The notes beneath the pieces are model-generated. The model was given only the letters and a program-made list of their open reading frames with translations, was not told the origin of the DNA and searched no databases. Below, one piece after another: positions 9,074 through 18,326 of a stretch of DNA of 64,000 nt (position 1 is its first letter; each line of letters starts with the position of its first letter). The translations under genes and the position numbers were made by a program. This stretch comes from a bacterium. Lineage in GTDB: Bacteria > ARS69. Where the stretch lies: NCBI GenBank assembly GCA_965216835.1, contig OZ244210.1, positions 237,907 through 301,906 on the forward strand, given 5' to 3'.

Positions 9074-10032
9074 CGCGGTCGCACCTCCGCCGCCGGTTTC
9101 GGCAGCAGATCGCGGATTGCGCCCCGCGCCAGCCCCGCCGTGTACGCGAACCGCGAGACGAGAATGGCCGGCGCGTGCAGCATCGCCTCGAGACGGCCCG
9201 CCCTGAGCCAGCAGCCCAGGACATAGAGCGTCGCGGCGACGGCCAGGATCGGCGCGCCCGCGATCAGCAGCACGGGGTTCCGGTAGAGGAACGACCAGCG
9301 CACGGCGCCGCGCGCCGCGGCCTTCGCCTCCAGCGCGCTGTAGCCCCACCGATAGCTTCGCCGCATGAGATTGCCCAGTCCCGGACGATTGTGGTGGGCG
9401 ACGCGCGCCGACGGCTCGAAGTAGAGACGGCCGCCGTCCCGTCGGAGCTTCGCCTGCCAGCGGAGCTCCTCGTGGCCATCCGCGACCGGATGGCGATCCT
9501 CGAAACCGCCGCAGCGACGGAAGGCATCGCGGCGGACGGAGAGGTTGCAGGGCGGATGGTTGCCGACGAACCCGGCGGCCCGCCGGGGATGCATGTGGTA
9601 CGCGCTGGCGAAGAAGTCCGAGCGGGCGGTGAGCGGCAATCCGCCCGGCATCGACGTGCTGCCGCCGACGGCCTCGTAGCCGCGGGCGTGTGCCGCCAGA
9701 AGATGGTCCAGCCAGCGCGGCTCCGGAACGCAGTCCGCGTCCAGGAAGACGATGGGATCACCGCCGGCGGCCTCCGCTCCACGGTTGCGCGACGCGCCCG
9801 GGTTGCCCGGCGTACCCGGCGCCGCGCCCGGGATCACGCGCGCTCCGGCGCGCTCCGCGACGGCCGTCGTGTCGTCCCGGGAACCGTCGTCCACCACGAG
9901 GATCTCCAGCTCCAGGCCGGCCGGCGCCGCTGCGCGCACGGCTTCCAGCGTGCGCGGAAGACGGGCCGCCTCGTCGCGGGCGGGAATGACGACGGAGATC
10001 CGGCCCGGTGGGGACGACGGATCAGGGGGCAC
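9064..10032 (-). CDS. Glycosyltransferase family 2 with C-terminal membrane segment
   Basis: 'ISVVIPARDEAARLPRTLEAV...ILVVDDGSRDDT', 'ASRNRGAEAA' and 'IVFLDADCVPE' match GT2. A hydrophobic stretch 'NPVLLIAGAPILAVAATLYVLGCWL' lies near the C-terminus. Confidence 0.85.
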   Translation of the reverse strand: MPPDPSSPPGRISVVIPARDEAARLPRTLEAVRAAAPAGLELEILVVDDGSRDDTTAVAERAGARVIPGAAPGTPGNPGASRNRGAEAAGGDPIVFLDADCVPEPRWLDHLLAAHARGYEAVGGSTSMPGGLPLTARSDFFASAYHMHPRRAAGFVGNHPPCNLSVRRDAFRRCGGFEDRHPVADGHEELRWQAKLRRDGGRLYFEPSARVAHHNRPGLGNLMRRSYRWGYSALEAKAAARGAVRWSFLYRNPVLLIAGAPILAVAATLYVLGCWLRAGRLEAMLHAPAILVSRFAYTAGLARGAIRDLLPKPAAEVRPRWR

Positions 10033-11428
10033 GATGCGACCCGGTCGTGACGAAGGTGCCGTACATCGCCTGCACCCGTCCCCGGAACGCGGCCCAGCCC
10101 AGGCGATCCCGGGCGAACGATGCGGCGCGGCGACCCAGCTCGGCCGCCAGCGGTCGATCCATCAGCAGCGTGGCGATGGCTCGACCCATCGCGGCGGGAT
10201 CCTCCGGTGCCACCAGGCGCGAGTTCGTCTCGTCCAGGACGGTCCGATGCGTGGCCGTGTCCGTCGCGACGATGGCGCGGCTGGCGGCCATGTAGTCGAA
10301 CACCTTGAGCGGCAGGTTGCCGACGGCCTCGCGCGGCGAGACGACGACGTCCGCGATCGTGAGAAACGCCGCGATCCGCTCCCGGGGCTGACGCGGCAGG
10401 GTCCTGAGCACGCCGCGCTCCCGCCAGACGGCGGCCTCCGGCGGCAGCCCGCGAGCCGCCTTGCCGTCGCCGCCCACCAGCAGGAAGAGCGCGTCCGGCG
10501 CGGACTCCAGCGTGGCCCCGATGGCCGAGATCAGGCGGGGCAGCCCCTGATAAGGAGCGAAGCTCCCCGTGTACAGCACGACCGGCCGTCCTTCCGGAAG
10601 CCCCAGTTCCCGGCGGAGCTCCGCGACGTCCTTCGCGGAAACGTTCCAGCGCATGGCCGGATAGTGCCACGCGTGCACGGGGACGTCTTCCCGGACGGAG
10701 CGCACGTAGGCTTCCAGCCCGGCGCTGCAAGCCACCAGATCCGCGCGCTCGATCAGCCAGTGCTGCGCCCGCTCCATCAGCGTCGGGAGGGGCGGCACGC
10801 GGAAGAACGCCGACTGACGCATCTGCGTGGGCAGGTGGGACTGCATGTCATAGATCACGGGGACGTCATACCGGGCGGCCAGCTGGACCGCCGGGAATGC
10901 CGCCTCCTCCACGGCGTGCACGCAGCCGTAGGTCCGCGTCGCCAGGCGGTGGGCGAGGACCCGCGTCAGGCTCAGGTCCAGCGCCACCTTCCGCAGCGAG
11001 AAGCCGATCGGCACCGACCGGATACCGAGCGGGTTCGGGCTCCGGAAGACGCTGAGACCCTCCAGCTCCACTGGGCGGCCGATGGGGTAGGTCACCAGGT
11101 CCACCGGGATGTCCAGCTCGCTCAGCGCCAGGACGACCTCCCGCACCGCGATCGGCGTCCCGCGATCCTCGTAGAACGGCTCGGGCGCCACCAGCAGGAC
11201 GGGCAGTCCGGGGCCGGAGGCCGCGATCCGCGGTTTCTGGATCGCTCCGGAGGAGGTGTCGGCGCGGCGCGTGGTCGACAATTCGGCGGACCCGTGGGTG
11301 CGAGGAGAAGGCGCACTCCGCCCGGACCGAGCCGGACGGACTCTCTCCTGCGTTTCGGCCGCCGTGGGTCGCTTCGTGAGGCCTCTCCCCATCTTCATCG
11401 TTCCGCCTCCCGCTGGATTCAGTAGCAC
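10022..11428 (-). CDS. Glycosyltransferase family 4 (GT-B, GT1-type); first gene of the operon, exact start uncertain
   Basis: 'VLLVAPEPFYEDRGTPIAV', 'VVLYTGSFAPYQGLPRLI' and 'FLLVGGDG' match GT4. The first ~80 aa are low-complexity, so the real start may be MKMGRG at 11398 or later. Confidence 0.75.
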   Translation of the reverse strand: MLLNPAGGGTMKMGRGLTKRPTAAETQERVRPARSGRSAPSPRTHGSAELSTTRRADTSSGAIQKPRIAASGPGLPVLLVAPEPFYEDRGTPIAVREVVLALSELDIPVDLVTYPIGRPVELEGLSVFRSPNPLGIRSVPIGFSLRKVALDLSLTRVLAHRLATRTYGCVHAVEEAAFPAVQLAARYDVPVIYDMQSHLPTQMRQSAFFRVPPLPTLMERAQHWLIERADLVACSAGLEAYVRSVREDVPVHAWHYPAMRWNVSAKDVAELRRELGLPEGRPVVLYTGSFAPYQGLPRLISAIGATLESAPDALFLLVGGDGKAARGLPPEAAVWRERGVLRTLPRQPRERIAAFLTIADVVVSPREAVGNLPLKVFDYMAASRAIVATDTATHRTVLDETNSRLVAPEDPAAMGRAIATLLMDRPLAAELGRRAASFARDRLGWAAFRGRVQAMYGTFVTTGSHRAP

Positions 11429-11528
11429 CGCGGCGGGGAATCCGCAATCCCGCCCCGGCGCCGCCGACGGTCAACCGGCGCCCCCCATCTGCCGATCCCT
11501 GACGAGGGAACGCGTCCTCCGGGCGCAG

Positions 11529-14528
11529 GTGTGCCCGTCCGCCCCCCAGCCTCCCGAAAGGCCCCCCTTGCGCCGACTCCACCTCCTCCTTCCGATCCTG
11601 CTCGTCCTGCTGGCGGGATCCTCCCCGGCCGACGCCCGGTCGTTCGGGAGGAACAAGGTCCAGTACGACGACTTCGACTGGCGGGTCCTCCACACGGAGC
11701 ACCTGGAGATCCACTTCTATCCGGAGGAGGAGGCGCTGGCGCACCGGGCCGCGGAGTACGGCGAGGAGGCGTGCCGCCGGCTGGACGAGGAGCTCGGGCA
11801 CTCGCTCAGCCGCCGGGTTCCGGTGATCGTCTACGGCTCGCACCATCACTTCCGGCAGAACAACGTCATGCCCAACCTGGTGGGGGAGGGCACCGGCGGC
11901 TTCACCGAGATCTTCCGCAACCGCGTCGTGCTGCCCTACGCCGGATCGGAACCGGACTTCCGGCACGTCGTGCATCACGAGCTGGTGCACGCCTACGTGT
12001 TCGATCGCCTGTACGGCGGCCCCGTGAAGTCGCTCTTCGTCCTGCAGTACGCGTTCCACATCCCGCTCTGGTTCATGGAGGGGATCGCGGAGTACTACTC
12101 CAACCGCTGGGACTCCGAGGGCGAGATGATGCTGCGCGACGCCGCGCTCAGCGGTTCGCTGCCGCCCTTCCCGCGCATCTACGGCGGCTACTTCGTCTAC
12201 AAGGCCGGGCCGACGGCCGTCGCGTTCCTGGTGGAGAAGCACGGCGAGGACGTCGTGCAGCGGATCCTGGACGAGGTGGCCGAGGTGCGGGACCTGCGCG
12301 CCGCCGTGAAGAACGTCACCGGGGAGTCGCTGGACGAGCTGGGCGGCGAGTGGCTGATCGATTGGCGGAAGCGCACGTGGCCCACCATCGCCGAGCTGGA
12401 CCCGGCCGACGAGTACGGACGCGCCCTGCCCGCGCACGCCGGGAGCGCGCTGGACTCGCACCCGGGACTGTCGCCGGACGGGACGCGCGTCGTGTTCCTG
12501 TCGGACCGGAGCGGCACGCCCGATCTGTGGGTGCGGGGCACGCGGGAGGATGCCGGCCCGGCCGAGGTGCTCGTGCACGGGGCGCGCAGCGACCAGTTCG
12601 AGTCGCTGCACCCGCTGCACAGCTCCGTGGGCTGGTCGCCGGACGGCAAGTTCGTCGTGGCGGCGGCACGGAAGGGCTCCCGCGACGCGCTCTACGTCCT
12701 GGACGTGGACGATCGCGAGAGCGTGGCGGAACTCACGCCGGACCTGGACGCGCTGGAGCGGCCGGACTGGTCGCCGGTCGATGCGCGCTTCGTGTTCACG
12801 GGGATGCGCGGCGGCCAGGTGGACCTCTGGACGATCGAGGCCGACGGCTCGGGGCTGGTGCCGCTCACCAACGATCTGCACGAGGAGCGCGGACCGCGCT
12901 TCAGTCCCGATGGCCGGCGCGTGCTCTTCACCACCGACCGCGGCGACTCCGGCGGGCTGGACCTGTGGACCGTGGACGTGGAGACCGGTCGGGAGATGCC
13001 GCTGGTGGCCGGAGCGGGCGATCAGTGGGACGGCGCGTGGAGCGGCGACGGCGCGTCCGTGTACTACGTCAGCGACGAGTTCGGCACGCGTGACCTCCTG
13101 CGGTACGACCCGGCCACGGGCAAGTCGAATCGCCTGACGAAGCTCATCGGCGGGGCCGGCGCGCCGTCGCTGGCGCGGGACGGCGGCAACCTGGCGTTCA
13201 CCGTCTACGAGAAGGGCCGCTACCGCATCGTGCTGGTGGACGATCCGGACTCGTTGCAGGCGGTCGAGGCGCCGCGGGTGGACGTGGGCGATGCGTTCTG
13301 GTGGAAGACGTACGAGCGCGCCGACTCCGCGGCCGCGGACAGCGCAGCGGTGGAGGTCGCCGAGGGAGGGGGAGCGGTCGACGCGGCGAAAGACGAGGAC
13401 GTGTCGGCGGAAGAGGACGACCCCGATCGGCACTATCCCGACGGCCGCTTCGATCCCTACGTGGACGGCTACGACCCGCGTCTGCGGCCGGAGTGGCTGG
13501 CCGGATCGCTCGGCTACGCCGGATTCGGCTTTCACCTGGGCGTGCAGAGCGAGGTGACCGACGTGCTCGGGAACCACCGCATCGCCGTCAGCGCCAACCT
13601 GTTCCGCACGCTGAAGAACACGGACGCGTACGTCGGCTACCGCTACCTGGCCGACCGGCTGGACTACGGGATCGCGGCGTTCCACTTCCGCGACTTCCTC
13701 TACGACGACCGCACCGCGCTGGGACAGCCCGTGGGCGAGGAGGGCGACGACGCCCGGTTCACGGAACGTCAGTGGGGCCTCAGCGGCATCGTCTCCTATC
13801 CGTTCCACACGTTCCGCCGCGTCGATCTGGAAGTGGCGGCGATGACGCTGGACCGCGAGCGCTACGACCGAATCGACAACCGCTACGTGCTCATCGGTTC
13901 CACGCAGAGCAGCGTGCTGCGCCCGACGCTGTCCCACACGTTCGACAACACGCTCTGGGGCTGGACGGGACCGGTGCAGGGTTCGCGTTCCGTGCTGTCG
14001 GCCAGCTACGTGATCCCGGTCGGCGGGGAGCCGATCGAGTTCGCCACGGTGCTCGCCGACCTTCGCCACTACGACCGGTTCGGAGAGTACGTCCTCGCGA
14101 TGCGCGGCATGGCGACGGCGGGCTTCGGCCCCGACCCGCGCGAGATCCAGCTGGGCGGCCCCGCCACCATCCGCGGCCACGACCACCAGTCCATTCGCGG
14201 CCGCCACGCCGCCGTGGGATCGCTGGAGTTCCGCTACCCGTTCCTGGAGTACGTGCGCCTGGGTTGGCCGCTGCGCTCCGCGTTCGGCGGCGTGCGCGGC
14301 AACCTCTTCCTGGACGTGGGCACCGCCTTCGACGATCCGGAGCAGGCGAAGCTCACCGGCCCGAACGAGTTCGGGGACGACGCGCTGCGCGACCTGCACA
14401 TCGGCTTCGGCTTCGGGATGCGAGCGCGCGTGGCGTTCCTCCCCATGCGCATCGACTGCGGCTGGCCGACCGACGGGTCGCGGGTGGGCAAGCCGAACTG
14501 GGACTTTGCGCTGGGGCCGGAGTTCTAG
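11529..14528 (+). CDS. Outer-membrane fusion protein: signal peptide, HExxH (peptidase-MA-like) region, TolB/PD40-type beta-propeller repeats, C-terminal Omp85/surface-antigen beta-barrel
   Basis: The GTG at 11529 precedes the signal peptide 'LRRLHLLLPILLVLLAGSSPADA'. 'HHELVHAY' lies at 11973-11996, followed by 'MEGIAEYYS'. Repeated PD40 blades are 'SPDGTRVVFLSDRSGTPDLW', 'WSPDGKFVVAA...LYVLD' and 'FSPDGRRVLFTTDRGDSGGLDLWTVD'. The C-terminal barrel carries 'LGGPATIRGH...GSLEFRYPF' and 'GFGFGMRARVAFLPMRIDCGWP'. The ATG at 11256 was rejected because it overlaps the divergent GT4 gene. Confidence 0.75.
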   Translation: MCPSAPQPPERPPLRRLHLLLPILLVLLAGSSPADARSFGRNKVQYDDFDWRVLHTEHLEIHFYPEEEALAHRAAEYGEEACRRLDEELGHSLSRRVPVIVYGSHHHFRQNNVMPNLVGEGTGGFTEIFRNRVVLPYAGSEPDFRHVVHHELVHAYVFDRLYGGPVKSLFVLQYAFHIPLWFMEGIAEYYSNRWDSEGEMMLRDAALSGSLPPFPRIYGGYFVYKAGPTAVAFLVEKHGEDVVQRILDEVAEVRDLRAAVKNVTGESLDELGGEWLIDWRKRTWPTIAELDPADEYGRALPAHAGSALDSHPGLSPDGTRVVFLSDRSGTPDLWVRGTREDAGPAEVLVHGARSDQFESLHPLHSSVGWSPDGKFVVAAARKGSRDALYVLDVDDRESVAELTPDLDALERPDWSPVDARFVFTGMRGGQVDLWTIEADGSGLVPLTNDLHEERGPRFSPDGRRVLFTTDRGDSGGLDLWTVDVETGREMPLVAGAGDQWDGAWSGDGASVYYVSDEFGTRDLLRYDPATGKSNRLTKLIGGAGAPSLARDGGNLAFTVYEKGRYRIVLVDDPDSLQAVEAPRVDVGDAFWWKTYERADSAAADSAAVEVAEGGGAVDAAKDEDVSAEEDDPDRHYPDGRFDPYVDGYDPRLRPEWLAGSLGYAGFGFHLGVQSEVTDVLGNHRIAVSANLFRTLKNTDAYVGYRYLADRLDYGIAAFHFRDFLYDDRTALGQPVGEEGDDARFTERQWGLSGIVSYPFHTFRRVDLEVAAMTLDRERYDRIDNRYVLIGSTQSSVLRPTLSHTFDNTLWGWTGPVQGSRSVLSASYVIPVGGEPIEFATVLADLRHYDRFGEYVLAMRGMATAGFGPDPREIQLGGPATIRGHDHQSIRGRHAAVGSLEFRYPFLEYVRLGWPLRSAFGGVRGNLFLDVGTAFDDPEQAKLTGPNEFGDDALRDLHIGFGFGMRARVAFLPMRIDCGWPTDGSRVGKPNWDFALGPEF

Positions 14529-14529
14529 G

Positions 14530-15144
14530 CTACTCCGCCAGCGTCCACTCCCATCCCAGCGACCGCGCCATCCCGCCGTGCTGTCCGCCGATGGTCGCCT
14601 TCATCGTGGCGCCGTCGCGTTCGTAGGTCACGCGCTGCGGGAAATCGTGGTCGGGATTCTCGAAGACGGCGCGCGTGCCCTCCACCTCGACGAGGCGGAA
14701 CGGGGTGGCCTCCTTGCCGCCGGGCTGCGCCAGGTAGACGACGTTGTCGTCGGACTGGAGCTGCACGCGCAAGAACTCGAACGCGCGGACGACGCCCTCC
14801 GCCGTCGTGCGGCTGAGCCCGAGGATCATGTTGTCCTGCGGGTCCATCCACAGCTCCTCGGTGCGGAGCTCGCCCTCCTCGCGTACCCAGTGGCCGGACA
14901 TCCACGCGACGTCGGCGATGGTGTAGCCGGGGGCGGCATCGGAATCCGCTTCCGCGGCAGCGTCCGGCGCGGCGGCCGCTTCGCCGGACGGCGCCGTCTC
15001 GACGTCCGCATCGGCTTCCGTGCCCTTCGGCACCGGCTCCGCCAGCGCGGTCGTTCCGGCCAGAACCATCACCGCGATCGCGGCGGCGGCGAGGCCCGTC
15101 GTGCTCCGACCGCGTGGCCCGGCTCTCCGTCTCATCGTCATCAT
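14530..15144 (-). CDS. Secreted hypothetical protein, DUF6265-like
   Basis: 'MMTMRRR...' is followed by the signal peptide 'GLAAAAIAVMVLAGTTALA' and an acidic linker. The C-terminal half carries 'VAWMSGHW...EELW' and 'VFENPDHDFPQRVTYERDG', which I recognise as the DUF6265-type signature. Confidence 0.6.
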   Translation of the reverse strand: MMTMRRRAGPRGRSTTGLAAAAIAVMVLAGTTALAEPVPKGTEADADVETAPSGEAAAAPDAAAEADSDAAPGYTIADVAWMSGHWVREEGELRTEELWMDPQDNMILGLSRTTAEGVVRAFEFLRVQLQSDDNVVYLAQPGGKEATPFRLVEVEGTRAVFENPDHDFPQRVTYERDGATMKATIGGQHGGMARSLGWEWTLAE

Positions 15145-15364
15145 GTCGTTCCCTCCGGCGGTCCGCCTGGACTCCTGGAATCGGTCACCATCATGACAGA
15201 CACGCGATCCGTCCGGAAGGGCCGTCGTCCGCATCTTCCGCGCGTGCTACACTGCGTCGCCGCGGTCGGGCCGTCGCGCCCGGACACTCGCGGCGCCTCC
15301 CCGCCGCCGACGCCCCGACCGACAACGCATCACCCCGAGATGTGCGGACGAGGAGGAGGATCGG

Positions 15365-17694
<2,330 letters not shown>

Positions 17695-17698
<4 letters not shown>

Positions 17699-18240
17699 GA
17701 GCGGGAGGGCGGAGCGCCGCAGGTGCTGCGTCGCTGGTCCTGCTGCTCCTCGTCGGCTGCTCCGGCCGCGATGCTTCCCCGCCCGCGCCAGTCTCCCGCG
17801 AAGTGAACGTCTACTTCCATCGCGAAGGCGAGTGCGACGTCCAACCGTTTCCACGGACCGTCACCGCCGCGCAGCCCATCGACTTCGCGCGCGCGGCCCT
17901 GGAGTCGCTGCTGGCGGGACCGCACGAGGACGAGGTCGCGCAGGGATTCCGCTCCGCGCTGCCGGACTCGCAGACGGTGCGGCGCCACTTCCAGAGCCAT
18001 CTGGCGTTCGGAATGGACCCCGGTCACGACGGCGGATCGCTCGGGATCCTCGGCGTGGAGGAGGCCGGGAACCGCCTGCTGCGCGTGAACTTCAGCCGGG
18101 AGATCGAGGCGTACGGCGACGGCGAGGAGCGGCTCTGTCCGTTGATGCGCCAGATCCAGGCGACGGTCCGCCAGTTCGACGAGTACACGGATGTCCTGAT
18201 CCAGGTCGACGGGAAGTCGCGGGGGGTGCTGCAGCCCTAG
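17695..18240 (+). CDS. GerMN-domain lipoprotein
   Basis: The GTG at 17695 overlaps the uvrD stop (GTGA). The lipobox is 'LLLLVGCSG'. 'VNVYFHREG...ARAALESLLAGP...GFRSALP' is a GerM-like layout. Confidence 0.65.
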
Positions 18241-18326
18241 GGATGGCTCTGACATCCGCGCGCCCCTGGTCGCATTGCTTCAATTGATGCTATCGTCCCG
18301 TAGTTGAGTGTGAGGGCGAGCCTGAG

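Noticed and set aside
5355-9224. Track ORFs that appear as single giant proteins: 5355..7247 (630 aa), 7263..9224 (653 aa), and similarly 43994..46639, 45457..48243, 21267..23372, 21396..24242, 48160..50001 and 48801..51440.
   Set aside because: Only the C-terminal part of each has real motifs. The N-terminal extensions are shadows of the upstream gene in another frame. Internal ATG or GTG starts coinciding with 4-nt overlaps of the upstream stop give sensible protein lengths.
11256-11528. The ATG at 11256 as the start of the Omp85-fusion protein.
   Set aside because: It would overlap the divergent GT4 gene by ~170 nt and add a low-complexity leader ahead of an obvious signal peptide. The GTG at 11529 was preferred.
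10866-14399. A 1177-aa minus-strand ORF antisense to the Omp85-fusion gene, plus several 400-520 aa plus-strand off-frame ORFs.
   Set aside because: No motifs are present and the composition is R/A/G-rich. The frame at 11529..14528 carries a signal peptide and HExxH, PD40 and Omp85 signatures.
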